Shown here: one piece after another, positions 9,326 through 18,608 of the stretch
Position numbering within the stretch: the first letter of the stretch is position 1
Layout of the letters: every line of letters begins with the position of its first letter
NCBI GenBank assembly: GCA_001793155.1
Contig: MGHI01000005.1
Coordinates: 23-64,022 of the forward strand
DNA length: 64,000 nt
Reading direction: 5' to 3'
Source: Candidatus Woesebacteria bacterium RIFCSPLOWO2_01_FULL_39_61
Lineage (GTDB): Bacteria; Patescibacteriota; Microgenomatia; UBA8517
Program-made: the position numbers and the translations under genes
The notes under the pieces: model-generated
Seen by the model: only the letters and a program-made list of their open reading frames with translations
Database searches by the model: none
Told to the model about the DNA's origin: nothing

Positions 9326-10691
9326 TAGATTTCAGATACCATATAAATTTAAGCTCGTCGAATTCTTTGACTTCTTTCTCGGAGTACCCAGGTAAGGTTA
9401 TCTCATCAACGGGCCCGCTGGTCACCACGCCGACTCTCCTAACTTCTTTCGGTATTTCTTTTATAATATCTTTATCTTCCATTAATGCAGTTCCGACAAA
9501 AAAGGGCAGGTTTCCTCCCGAAGGGATATAAATAGGAGCACCAATTCCGTAATATTTTGTTTCCCAAAGGTGATGGCTTTTAGAATTCCAATTAATAAGA
9601 AAGTCTCCCTCCTTTTTAACAGTTTTGACATAAGTTGCGTATTCCCTGAAAGGAGGTTTGGTCGGATGGGTAAAATAATAAATATCAATCGTAGCAAAGA
9701 GGCCAACGACTAGAGAAAGAAGTATCGGTGATAAAAGTCTGCGCCGCGATGAGGAAAGTACTAGCATTGCACCGGGAATAGTATACAAAAGGTAGCGATT
9801 GAAAAATATTGACTGGAAGCGTTGGGAAATTATCCAGGTGGCCCCGATAGGAAGCAGAAACCAAAGTAAGAGAAAGAAAGAGGATTTAAAATTTTTAAAC
9901 CAGTTTCTTAATAAAAGTGCAGCCAGAACCAGGTATAGTGCTATTTGGTGTAACCCTTTATTTAAAAAGGGAACAACATAAGGGTGTTGTTTTATTCCCT
10001 CGGCTAGATAGTCGTATATTAAATTTCTTAGATCAGTTAAATTTGGAGTTCCCAGCCAAAAACCCCCGCCGACCATTTTGGTTTGGGTGTACAAAGGATA
10101 TAACCAGGGTAGATATCCGAGCCCTGTTATTAAAAATATTTTAAACATCTTTTTGGCTCTTGCTCTTTTGCCAATAGTCAGTTCATACAGCCACCAGAGG
10201 CCTTGTACGGCAACGGCGAAAAAGGCGAAATGGTGCGAATATAGTGCCCAAAGAGTAAAAACGACGTAACCGAGCTTGTCTCGCCTTCTTATGCCTTCTT
10301 CGTTTCTGAAAATACGTAAGAAATAGTACATTGAAGCAGCGACCCCCAGACTCATAATTGAATACATCCTTCCTTCAAAGGCATAAGTAAAAAAGAAGGG
10401 ATTAAGAAAAGTTAAAATCGCAGCTAAAAATCCAGTTTTTCTACTAAACAAAAACGAACCTATTTTGTATGTAAAAATAACAGTTGCGAAAAAAAATGCA
10501 AAAGAAAGTCCTCTGATATAAATTTCTTCTGCTCCTAAATACCGAAAGAGTAGATGTTCAAAGATATTCCACAAAGGAGGGGACGTGTCGCGGGAAATAA
10601 TTTTTAAAATATCGGGAATTGATTTCATAGAAAGGATTGCAGAAAATCCCTCGTCTCCCCAGATGCTTTGGTTAAATACTGTTTCGAGCAT
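9315..10691 (-). CDS. GT-C glycosyltransferase (ArnT/PMT_2-like)
   Basis: WGDEGFS motif in the first loop. About 11 TM helices. Confidence 0.6.
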   Translation of the reverse strand: MLETVFNQSIWGDEGFSAILSMKSIPDILKIISRDTSPPLWNIFEHLLFRYLGAEEIYIRGLSFAFFFATVIFTYKIGSFLFSRKTGFLAAILTFLNPFFFTYAFEGRMYSIMSLGVAASMYYFLRIFRNEEGIRRRDKLGYVVFTLWALYSHHFAFFAVAVQGLWWLYELTIGKRARAKKMFKIFLITGLGYLPWLYPLYTQTKMVGGGFWLGTPNLTDLRNLIYDYLAEGIKQHPYVVPFLNKGLHQIALYLVLAALLLRNWFKNFKSSFFLLLWFLLPIGATWIISQRFQSIFFNRYLLYTIPGAMLVLSSSRRRLLSPILLSLVVGLFATIDIYYFTHPTKPPFREYATYVKTVKKEGDFLINWNSKSHHLWETKYYGIGAPIYIPSGGNLPFFVGTALMEDKDIIKEIPKEVRRVGVVTSGPVDEITLPGYSEKEVKEFDELKFIWYLKSNEE

Positions 10692-10886
10692 AATTTATTA
10701 TGCGAATCCCGCCAGTTCGCTCCTCGAGCCGTTTACGAATAGTATGGAAAAGGCGAGAGGTAAGAACCTGTGGGACATAATTTCAGTTTAGCAAGTTTCA
10801 GAGTTTGAATAAACTATTTTTTATAAAAGTTATGAAATGGGAAACATTGACAGAGAATAGATAGGACAAGTAGTATGTATTAAAAA

Positions 10887-11279
10887 ATGAAAGATTTATT
10901 GATAATTCTTGGGAAAAGTGTTTCAGGAGTATCTTTAGGCGACAGCGAACAACAAGTACTAGCCAAGTTAGGTGAGCCTAAAGCTAGAACCAAAACTGAG
11001 GTTGGTTGGTATATATTGGACTACGGGATATTGAAGGTTTGGATTGATCCCGATAAAGTCGAACAAATTGGTTCGTATAAAGGCTATGTTGGAAAAACAG
11101 AGGATGGTATAGGGATAGGAACCACAAGGGACGAATTAAAAAGAAAATCGGGTCTGGACATTGCCTACCACAAAGACGATGATTACTGGGAATTTATAAG
11201 TAAGCCAGGTACTCTTTTCGAGTTTGGAAAAGATGAGAAGGGAGGAGAAATTATAAATACGATATACATAGCAACCTAG
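10887..11279 (+). CDS. Hypothetical protein
   Basis: ORF only. Confidence 0.3.
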   Translation: MKDLLIILGKSVSGVSLGDSEQQVLAKLGEPKARTKTEVGWYILDYGILKVWIDPDKVEQIGSYKGYVGKTEDGIGIGTTRDELKRKSGLDIAYHKDDDYWEFISKPGTLFEFGKDEKGGEIINTIYIAT

Positions 11280-11333
11280 AGTAGAAGAAAGAATACAAGA
11301 AGATAAAGCCCAATGCATTGAAATAGAATTTTT

Positions 11334-11645
11334 ATGACCCCTGAAGAATATACAGAACTAGTTACAAAAATATACAAATTAATAACTTCGGAAGCAGATA
11401 AAGCATTAACCGATAAAAATAGTTATATGCTTTATCCGAGGCTGGTGACAATGTATGAATTTTTTAGATTATTAAGAGGTGAAAGCTTTACGGATATAAG
11501 ACCACCCACTCCTGAAAAGCAGAGTGAATTTTACAAGATGGAAGACGATATAAGTAAAAGATTACAAAAAATTAAGGACAATTTGGATTTTAACGACGAA
11601 AAAGTGAAATTTTACATCGAGGAGGCAAAGAAAAGATATTTATAG
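11334..11645 (+). CDS. Hypothetical protein
   Basis: ORF only. Confidence 0.3.
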   Translation: MTPEEYTELVTKIYKLITSEADKALTDKNSYMLYPRLVTMYEFFRLLRGESFTDIRPPTPEKQSEFYKMEDDISKRLQKIKDNLDFNDEKVKFYIEEAKKRYL

Positions 11646-11740
11646 ATATTATCAACTGTATTTTTCTATAAAACATTTAAGGTAATTTTCATTCTGCAAC
11701 ACTTTGGTTAAAACGGTTCTCACAAACCACCTAGCAATTA

Positions 11741-12112
11741 TTAGTTCTCGTTTGGTAGTTTCAACTCCTTGAAAGTGCCGTTTTCGTTATAAACCATGCT
11801 TTTACCTTCTCTCGCCATTGGTCCGTTAATAACCTTGTTATCGTTAAGATCATATATTTCAATTGCTTCGGTGGGTGACTGTTGTGCTAATTCAATAAAT
11901 TTGTTTAACGGCATCTTATTTTGTGCTTCAGGTTTAACCCACGGCATTTTGTCAAAAAAGAAAAAATCAGGATAAGTGTTTGCAAGTTCTAAATCCTCAT
12001 CCACTGCATCATCAATACTAATGCAAAAGCTTATGCATTTTCCGTCGGATGTTACAACACCTTCACTAATTGCCCAACCATTGTCGGAGACGGCATGTCT
12101 TATGGGTTTCAA
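11741..12112 (-). CDS. Hypothetical protein
   Basis: ORF only. Flanked by a 20-bp direct repeat (see findings). Confidence 0.3.
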   Translation of the reverse strand: MKPIRHAVSDNGWAISEGVVTSDGKCISFCISIDDAVDEDLELANTYPDFFFFDKMPWVKPEAQNKMPLNKFIELAQQSPTEAIEIYDLNDNKVINGPMAREGKSMVYNENGTFKELKLPNEN

Positions 12113-12243
12113 TTTTTTTCACCTCCTTAAATTACATTACTAAGACTATCAATGTACAGACACTTTGGTTAAAAACAGTCTCCATGGGCATACTTCAGTT
12201 TAGCATGTAATATGAGGTCAAAAGAAGTTATATAATATCGCTA

Positions 12244-13182
12244 ATGAAAAAGGCCGTTGTAACCGGTGGCGCTGGATTTATTGGGAGTCATCTTTGTGAT
12301 GCATTAATTGCGAGGGGACTGAAAGCTGTCTGTGTCGACAGTTTAATAACCGGTTCAAGAAAAAACATAAGTCATTTAATAAGAAATCCTAACTTTAAGT
12401 TTATTAAGTTAGACACAGTAAAAGATAAAATCACAGAAAAGGATATAGATTATATTTTTCACCTGGCTTCGCCTGCATCACCTGTTGATTATCAGAGATA
12501 TTCCGAAGAAACAGCGCTTGTTAATTCTTTGGGAACATTGAACACGCTAAAATTAGCAGTAAAAAATAAGGCTCGATTACTTTTTGCATCAACATCTGAA
12601 ATTTATGGGGACCCTTTAGAGCATCCGCAAAAGGAAACTTATTGGGGAAACGTAAACTCCTTTGGGCCCCGAAGTTGTTATGACGAAGGCAAACGATTCG
12701 GCGAAGCAATAACCTATGTATATATTAAAAAGTATGGGGTTGATGCACGGATTGTTCGAATCTTCAATACCTACGGTCCCCGAATGCAGAAAGATGACGG
12801 GCGTGTAATTAGCAATTTTATAAATCAGGCGATTAATTCCAGGCCGATTACCATTTATGGAAACGGCTCACAAACCAGATCATTCTGTTATGTATCGGAT
12901 TTGGTCGAGGGAATCGAAAAAGTAATGTTTACTGATGGTCTTGGTGGCGAAATATTTAACTTGGGGAATCCTGAAGAATATACAATAGTTGGTTTGGCTG
13001 AGAAAATTAAAAAACTCACGGGTTCTAAAAGCAATGTGGTGTTTAAACCTCTTCCGATTGACGACCCTCTGCGTCGGCGCCCGGACATTTCAAAGGCAAA
13101 AAAAATCCTCGGATGGAAGCCTGAAGTGTCCTTAGAGGAAGGTCTGAAAGCTACAATTAACTATTACAAAAGTATACAGTGA
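12244..13182 (+). CDS. uxs: UDP-glucuronate decarboxylase (UDP-xylose synthase), NAD-dependent SDR epimerase/dehydratase family
   Basis: GGAGFIGSH Rossmann motif. SEIYGDP…HPQKETYWGNVNSFGPRSCYDEGKR…RIFNTYGPRM is the canonical UXS signature. Confidence 0.8.
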   Translation: MKKAVVTGGAGFIGSHLCDALIARGLKAVCVDSLITGSRKNISHLIRNPNFKFIKLDTVKDKITEKDIDYIFHLASPASPVDYQRYSEETALVNSLGTLNTLKLAVKNKARLLFASTSEIYGDPLEHPQKETYWGNVNSFGPRSCYDEGKRFGEAITYVYIKKYGVDARIVRIFNTYGPRMQKDDGRVISNFINQAINSRPITIYGNGSQTRSFCYVSDLVEGIEKVMFTDGLGGEIFNLGNPEEYTIVGLAEKIKKLTGSKSNVVFKPLPIDDPLRRRPDISKAKKILGWKPEVSLEEGLKATINYYKSIQ

Positions 13183-13293
13183 ATAAATTTTACTCCGGAA
13201 AAATTTTATTTGCGAAGACAAACTCGGCGGTGGTTTTACCAACAACGCGCAAGCGGTGTCAAGCTTTATACATCGTATTTGATAATCCGGGAT

Positions 13294-14151
13294 CTATTCT
13301 GGGAATATTTTCTTACTGAAAATAAAATCTGCTATGGTTCGGCTTATTAGATCAACCCCTGCAGCAGACGGGTGGATATAATCATCGGGATTTATGTACT
13401 TCAAGTCTGCTTCACCTTGGGGAGTCAGCGATTTTTCGTAAACGTTAATCAGAGGGATTTGTTTTTCTCTGGCATACTCGATTACTTTATTAATATAGAC
13501 GATTCTTTCTTCAGCCCATTCGGCTCTTTCTATGGGTGTCAGGTCGTATACACCTTTTGCAAAAAGGGTTTTTGAAGGTGCAATTGGCGTCATTATGGTA
13601 ACAACTGCCTCAGGTTTTTTTAGAATAATTTGTTTTATACTTTCATCCAGAGTGCTTATGTGTTTAGCCAATCCTTCCCCGTCAGAGTATTGAGGCAGAG
13701 GATTATAGGCAAAAGTCTCAATTATTATAAGGTCGAATCCCTGCGACAAAATGGATTGAAACTTTTGTTCTTTGTAAGTTGTTTCCTGCGATAATCTTTC
13801 GGGTAGAGTTTCAATGCTTGTTGCTCCGAAGCCGTAGTTATAATTAACAAATTCATGTTCGGGATAAAGTTCGATTAGGTGTTGGCGTAAAAGCTGAGCA
13901 TTCGGGCCGAGGGAAGCGATTATGGAATCTCCGACAAGCATTATTCTGTATGCGCGTGAGTAAGGAATTTTCGGTGGGTTATAGGGAAACGGATTAAAGG
14001 GCGTCGGCGTAGGGGAGGGAGCCGGAATAAAACCTTGTGCAGGATAAACGGTTTGTGGTTTTTGAGCACCGGATAAAAATATGATAAATATAAAAAAAAG
14101 AATTGAAATCGAGAGAAGTTCTATCAGAATATTTTTTTTCAAAACTTCCAT
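13294..14151 (-). CDS. SGNH/GDSL hydrolase with N-terminal TM anchor
   Basis: LVGDSII block I motif after a signal/TM segment. Confidence 0.5.
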   Translation of the reverse strand: MEVLKKNILIELLSISILFFIFIIFLSGAQKPQTVYPAQGFIPAPSPTPTPFNPFPYNPPKIPYSRAYRIMLVGDSIIASLGPNAQLLRQHLIELYPEHEFVNYNYGFGATSIETLPERLSQETTYKEQKFQSILSQGFDLIIIETFAYNPLPQYSDGEGLAKHISTLDESIKQIILKKPEAVVTIMTPIAPSKTLFAKGVYDLTPIERAEWAEERIVYINKVIEYAREKQIPLINVYEKSLTPQGEADLKYINPDDYIHPSAAGVDLISRTIADFIFSKKIFPE

Positions 14152-14245
14152 CCATCCATTGTATCGGATTTAAAAACAAAATTTTCCGTAGGTTGTTTCG
14201 TTTGTTATCTAATAAGCTTTAAAGTAAAATAAAACCAATTTAATT

Positions 14246-14821
14246 ATGTCCGTAAAAATTACATATTTTGTTCACGGAACAACAACTGACAACGAAAAAG
14301 ATATTTCTTCCGGCTGGTCGGATGTTGAACTTTCCGAGTTAGGTAAGAGGCAAGCGAAAGATTTAAAAGAAAAAATAAAAGATAAGCAAAAACTTGGCCA
14401 AGCTGGACTTGGTAAAAAATTTGATGTTGTGTTTTGTTCCGATTTAAAAAGAGCGGTTGATTCTGCAAACCTTGCTTTTGGCGGAACAGTTGCGATTATT
14501 AAAGATGAAAGATTGCGTGAGTGCAATTATGGGGATTATAACGGTAAACCCGAGAAGGTTGTCGAGCCATTGCAGGAAGAAAATATTGAAAAGAGATTTC
14601 CTAACGGCGAAAGCTACGAAGATGTAAAGGAAAGAATTCAGGATTTTCTGGGTTTTCTCAAAGAAAAATATGGCGGAAAATCCGTTGCAATTGTAGGTCA
14701 TAAAGCACCGCAATTGGCGCTAGACGTTTTATTAAAAGGCAAAACTTGGAAAGAAGCTTTTGCCCAGGATTGGAGGAAGAAAAAAGCCTGGCAACCAGGT
14801 TGGGATTATATTTTAGGATAA
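14246..14821 (+). CDS. Histidine phosphatase (phosphoglycerate mutase family)
   Basis: N-terminal (Y)FVHGTT plus later AIVGHKAP histidine motif. Confidence 0.55.
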   Translation: MSVKITYFVHGTTTDNEKDISSGWSDVELSELGKRQAKDLKEKIKDKQKLGQAGLGKKFDVVFCSDLKRAVDSANLAFGGTVAIIKDERLRECNYGDYNGKPEKVVEPLQEENIEKRFPNGESYEDVKERIQDFLGFLKEKYGGKSVAIVGHKAPQLALDVLLKGKTWKEAFAQDWRKKKAWQPGWDYILG

Positions 14822-14858
14822 TTTGTCCTAGGGATATTCGACACTCTTCAAAATAGCC
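14820..14858 (+). repeat. Family-A junction repeat (long form, degenerate)
   Basis: AATTTGTCCTAGGGATATTCGACACTCTTCAAAATAGCC. Begins at the stop of the upstream gene. Confidence 0.7.
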
Positions 14859-14864
14859 ACTCCT

Positions 14865-14892
14865 TACTCTATTGATTCGAATCAATAGAGTA
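14865..14892. repeat. Perfect 28-bp palindrome TACTCTATTGATTC|GAATCAATAGAGTA
   Basis: Reverse complement of the first 14 nt equals the last 14 nt. Central core is TTCGAA. Confidence 0.8.
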
Positions 14893-14897
14893 AAAAT

Positions 14898-14927
14898 AAA
14901 TTTGTGTTTATTTCCAAATTAGCTCCG
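14898..14927 (+). repeat. Family-A junction repeat (short-form variant)
   Basis: AAATTTGTGTTTATTTCCAAATTAGCTCCG. Confidence 0.5.
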
Positions 14928-14961
14928 CTAAATAATCAGTGATAGAATACTCTGAAATTAT

Positions 14962-15843
14962 ATGAGTAGAGTAGAAATTTCATCTTTGACAGAAGGTCCA
15001 ATAAAGTCTTGTGCGAGAGTAGATGTTGAAAGGATTGAAATTGGTGAAATGGGACCCAAATGGAGTAGGCGCTGGATGATTGTTGATTCCGATGGAAAAT
15101 TTATGCTTTCAGATAAACACCCAAAAATGGTTTTTGTAGAACCTCAAGTATCAGAAACAGATAATGTACTCGTTTTAAAGGGAAGAGGATATGGGCACCA
15201 AGTTGATATTCCCATTCGAGACGAAGGGCCACGGCGAATTGTCGAGATGTTTAATTCCGGTATGAGGTATGAGGCGGTTGATGATGGGGAAGAAGCAGCA
15301 AATTGGCTTGGCGAATACTTAAACATTGATGGAGCGCGGCTTGTGCACATGCCGGCAGACGTTATCCGCCACGATGGCCGAGGTCTTGCCAGATTTAATT
15401 TTGCCGATAGTTGGTCAATGTCTTTGGGGAATGTCGCATCTTTGGATGAATTAAACAGAAGGATAGTTGCAATCGGAAGAAGTCCTGTTTCCAAGGAGCG
15501 ATTTGGTCATGATATGTGGATAACTGGCGCTGGTTCTTTTGCTGAAGATTTGTGGGGAAAAATTAAGGTAAACGGGCAAGTGATTGTTGTTGTAAAGCCT
15601 ATTGAGCGCTGTTCCAGAACCTTAGTCAAAAGGGAAGTTGAAGTGGCGGATGAACTTCTCAAAAAAGATAAAGAACCCCTCGCAACATTGGCTACATTCA
15701 GAAAAGATTCTCAAAGTGTAAAAACAATATTTGGACAAAAACTGGCTCCCGAATGGACAGGTGAACCCCAAGAAATCCATGTAGGGGATAAAGTTGAAGT
15801 AGTAGTTTACAAAGCGCCTCCTGACTTAATAAGTTCAAAATAA
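14962..15843 (+). CDS. MOSC domain protein (MOSC_N beta-barrel + MOSC)
   Basis: N-terminal GPIKSC…RRWMIVDSDGKF MOSC_N signature. Noticeably GC-richer than its neighbours. Confidence 0.6.
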   Translation: MSRVEISSLTEGPIKSCARVDVERIEIGEMGPKWSRRWMIVDSDGKFMLSDKHPKMVFVEPQVSETDNVLVLKGRGYGHQVDIPIRDEGPRRIVEMFNSGMRYEAVDDGEEAANWLGEYLNIDGARLVHMPADVIRHDGRGLARFNFADSWSMSLGNVASLDELNRRIVAIGRSPVSKERFGHDMWITGAGSFAEDLWGKIKVNGQVIVVVKPIERCSRTLVKREVEVADELLKKDKEPLATLATFRKDSQSVKTIFGQKLAPEWTGEPQEIHVGDKVEVVVYKAPPDLISSK

Positions 15844-15879
15844 TTTGTCAGGGATGTTCGACGCTCTTCAAATAAGCTT
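15842..15879 (+). repeat. Family-A junction repeat (long form)
   Basis: AATTTGTCAGGGATGTTCGACGCTCTTCAAATAAGCTT. Overlaps the MOSC stop codon. Confidence 0.7.
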
Positions 15880-15906
15880 TGGTTTAATTCATGGTAAAAT
15901 TGGCCT

Positions 15907-16167
15907 GTGGATTTTATAGATAATAAACTTAGTAAAGATGAAATTATAAATCTGCGCAGAAAGTACGGTGACTACATAAAGCTTACTGTTGATGTAGAAA
16001 ATAAGTGGTTGGTTATAGGCGGAGAACTTCACGCAGACGGCGAAAAAATATTACTTGGAAGAGGAAGCAAACAAAATGATATTTGGGGTGGAGGAATAAA
16101 TATGATTGATAAACAGGTTGACACAACGGCAGTACTTAATGTCCGGCCGCGCTTGGGGGAACAATAA
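15907..16167 (+). CDS. Hypothetical protein
   Basis: GTG-start ORF in the cassette array. Confidence 0.3.
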   Translation: MDFIDNKLSKDEIINLRRKYGDYIKLTVDVENKWLVIGGELHADGEKILLGRGSKQNDIWGGGINMIDKQVDTTAVLNVRPRLGEQ

Positions 16168-16236
16168 CTTGGAGATACTGGATAAAAGGACCCGAGAAAA
16201 AACACACGCAATTATACGAAAATATTTTAGGCTATT

Positions 16237-16479
16237 ATGGCGCTAAACAAAAACGACAGGACGTTAGACGCAATTACCAATCTTTATCGGGCAGCATATT
16301 ATTTGTCCCTGGAGTCAAAAGAAACAGGGTTAAACTTTTTACAAAAGGCGAAAAAAATATTAGGAGACAAGATAAAATTGGACGTGAACAAGATAAGAAA
16401 ACAAGGCGAGGATAACTACTTATACTGGGCGGAAAAGATCTTAGACGAATACAAGAGACTAAAAACGAAGTTGTCCTAG
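16237..16479 (+). CDS. Hypothetical protein
   Basis: ORF. Its TAG stop lies inside the family-A repeat (TTGTCCTAGGGACG). Confidence 0.35.
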   Translation: MALNKNDRTLDAITNLYRAAYYLSLESKETGLNFLQKAKKILGDKIKLDVNKIRKQGEDNYLYWAEKILDEYKRLKTKLS

Positions 16480-16508
16480 GGACGTTTGACGTCCTTCAAA
16501 TTAGCTCC
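16471..16508 (+). repeat. Family-A junction repeat (long form, consensus copy)
   Basis: TTGTCCTAGGGACGTTTGACGTCCTTCAAATTAGCTCC. Contains the GGACGT/ACGTCC inverted repeat. Confidence 0.8.
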
Positions 16509-16534
16509 TGGTTAAGTATTGTAAAAGTAAGCCT

Positions 16535-17317
16535 TTACTCGACCAAAATCTGACCCTTCATGGTGTTTGCGTGGGGAGTGCAGTGGTAAGGGTAAATTCC
16601 TGGCTGACTAAAAGTAACCGAGTATGTGTCACCTTTTGAAAGATTGCGAGAATTTTGATCAGGATAGTATGAATGGGCTGGGTGGGAATCGGTATTTACG
16701 GTGTGGACTACATTATCTTGGTTGACCCAAGTTACTTTAGTTGCCTTTGAGACCCTGATCTTTGCAGGATTAAAGGCAAAATTCCTAAGATTTATTGTTA
16801 CTTCATCTTGTCCTGTCATGTCGACAAAGTTAGCGGCTTGGGTTCTATCGATCTTGAATTGAAACTGCCCGTCGTGACAGCTTCCGTCAGCCCAGCAGGC
16901 TTTATAGTCTACTGTATAAAAATCATCTGGAGCATCCGGAATGATTGCCCTGCGCATACTCAATTTGTTCGCATCGATAGTGGTTTTTCCGCTCGTTATA
17001 TCTATTGGCGACGTTGTTCCTGTTTTTGGATTTTTTACGCCGCTTGAATATACAATGATTTCAGACGGGGCAGCCAGATCAAAATTAAAATTGATGACAA
17101 CAAAAACTGGAGCCCCCGCAAGAATTGCTCCGTGTTCCGGAGTATTACTTTCATAATGAGCCGCTTTTTTGGGAATTGAAAAGTTATTAATATTTAAAGT
17201 TTCGTTTTGATCGTCATTTGAAGAAGTTATATTTTGGCGCGGCCCTTGACGAAGAAGAAAAAAAGCTCCTCCACCAAGAAGTAATATAACGATTATTACT
17301 AGTAATGCCTTGTTCAC
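16535..17317 (-). CDS. Secreted CopC-like + cupredoxin (plastocyanin/azurin-like) copper-binding protein
   Basis: N-terminal TM/signal. CopC-like beta-sandwich region. C-terminal type-1 copper ligand pattern (…YHCTPH…M). Confidence 0.5.
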   Translation of the reverse strand: MNKALLVIIVILLLGGGAFFLLRQGPRQNITSSNDDQNETLNINNFSIPKKAAHYESNTPEHGAILAGAPVFVVINFNFDLAAPSEIIVYSSGVKNPKTGTTSPIDITSGKTTIDANKLSMRRAIIPDAPDDFYTVDYKACWADGSCHDGQFQFKIDRTQAANFVDMTGQDEVTINLRNFAFNPAKIRVSKATKVTWVNQDNVVHTVNTDSHPAHSYYPDQNSRNLSKGDTYSVTFSQPGIYPYHCTPHANTMKGQILVE

Positions 17318-17370
17318 AGGAATTAATCTTAATAAAATTTTAGGAAATTGACAATAAGTTAAAAGATAAG

Positions 17371-17406
17371 TCTGTCCATGGAACGTTTGACGTCCTTCAA
17401 ATTACC
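17371..17406 (+). repeat. Family-A junction repeat (long form)
   Basis: TCTGTCCATGGAACGTTTGACGTCCTTCAAATTACC. Lies between two minus-strand genes, in the same orientation as all other copies. Confidence 0.75.
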
Positions 17407-17417
17407 TTCGGAAATTA

Positions 17418-17849
17418 TTACAAATACTTTATCATTAGCCAGAAGTTTTTCTTACTGAAGAATTTTTCTAAGAGTGTAACTTTTTTAAACCCTAATTTCT
17501 CATAGAACTTTACAGCTCTCCAATCTTCTCCAGTTTCCAAATACAAAAGATGTATATTGTTTTTTCTCGCGTATTTTACAGCTTTATCCATTAGCGCCTT
17601 TCCTATACCTGCGCCCCTTTCATTATGATCAACTATTAATTCAGCAATATAAAATACACCAGCCATGGTGTGGCCGGCCAACCCCCCAACAATTTTGCCG
17701 TTATCTTCTACTTTAATCCTGATCTTTTTAACGTCCCAATAATTCCAATCCAATTTTTTTCCATAGTGTTCCAGATGAACTAACTCCCATTCGTGTTTTT
17801 TAAACTCGCTTAATTTTTTATTACTTCTTTTTAGGAATGTTATCTTCAT
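17418..17849 (-). CDS. GNAT family N-acetyltransferase
   Basis: Acetyl-CoA binding motif-A-like NERGAGIGKALM. Confidence 0.6.
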   Translation of the reverse strand: MKITFLKRSNKKLSEFKKHEWELVHLEHYGKKLDWNYWDVKKIRIKVEDNGKIVGGLAGHTMAGVFYIAELIVDHNERGAGIGKALMDKAVKYARKNNIHLLYLETGEDWRAVKFYEKLGFKKVTLLEKFFSKKNFWLMIKYL

Positions 17850-17884
17850 AAGATTTGATAAAGGTAGTATAGTATTTTATTGCA

Positions 17885-17906
17885 CATTTGTCTTCAAATT
17901 AGGTTC
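17885..17906 (+). repeat. Family-A junction repeat (short form)
   Basis: CATTTGTCTTCAAATTAGGTTC. Confidence 0.6.
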
Positions 17907-17929
17907 TGGGAATTTGTTATAAATTCATT

Positions 17930-18318
17930 ATGTCGAAAATAGTAATTGTTGACGAAAATGACGAAGTAATTGGTTCGGAAGATAAAGAAATTGCTTTTCA
18001 AAAAGGATTAATACGAAGAATTGTTAGGACATTTGTCTTCAACAGTATGGGTGAGTTGTTTCTTCAGAGGAGAAGTTCCAATAAGGATACTTAGAGCAAG
18101 AGTTTAAGAGAATGATTCTTAAAGAATTTAGTACACTTTTTACAACTGTTTTTAATGGAGACATAATGCCGAACAAGAAAGAACTGAGTGGAGGAAAATG
18201 GTTTGATTTAAAGAGAGTAGAAAAGATGTTGAAAGAAAATCCAAAAGAATTTCCTCCCGGGTTTATAGAAGCTTTTAACAGGTATCTAATAATGAAAAAA
18301 CGTTTGTCTTCAAATTAG
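17930..18318 (+). pseudogene. Disrupted Nudix/IPP-isomerase-like gene. N-terminal fragment at 17930-18094. A possible C-terminal fragment is the 18112-18318 ORF
   Basis: The N-terminal fragment MSKIVIVDENDEVIGSEDKEIAFQKGLIRRIVRTFVFNSMGELFLQRRS resembles the Idi/Nudix N-terminus and ends at a premature TAG. A partial family-A repeat copy (ACATTTGTCTTCAAC) lies inside it. The downstream ORF in another frame has a plausibly Idi-like C-terminus. Confidence 0.4.
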
Positions 18319-18328
18319 CTACGGAGTA
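18301..18328 (+). repeat. Family-A junction repeat (short form)
   Basis: CGTTTGTCTTCAAATTAGCTACGGAGTA. Overlaps the stop of the 18112-18318 ORF. Confidence 0.7.
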
Positions 18329-18341
18329 TTAAAAGAGTAAT

Positions 18342-18608
18342 TTAAAGGTTAATTCCCAAGCCCTTGTAAATAAATTGTTTGATGAGTGTTTGATATGGCA
18401 TGTTCATTCTGTTGGCTTTGATTTTTACCTTTTCTATAATAGTTTCAGGAATCCTTATTGTCACAGAACGGGATGTAAGTTTTAAGTTTGGAAAAGACCA
18501 CTTCTCAAGGTTCGTGTAATCCACGTATTGGGTAGAATCGACATTCTGCCAAAACTCCCTTTCCTCTTTTTCTGACTTAAACTTTGGAATCTTTTTTAAC
18601 CTTTTCAT
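18342..18608 (-). CDS. brnA: BrnA antitoxin (CopG/RHH-like)
   Basis: About 88 aa. Overlaps the upstream BrnT-like gene by 32 nt. BrnA-like C-terminal RHH segment. Confidence 0.5.
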   Translation of the reverse strand: MKRLKKIPKFKSEKEEREFWQNVDSTQYVDYTNLEKWSFPNLKLTSRSVTIRIPETIIEKVKIKANRMNMPYQTLIKQFIYKGLGINL

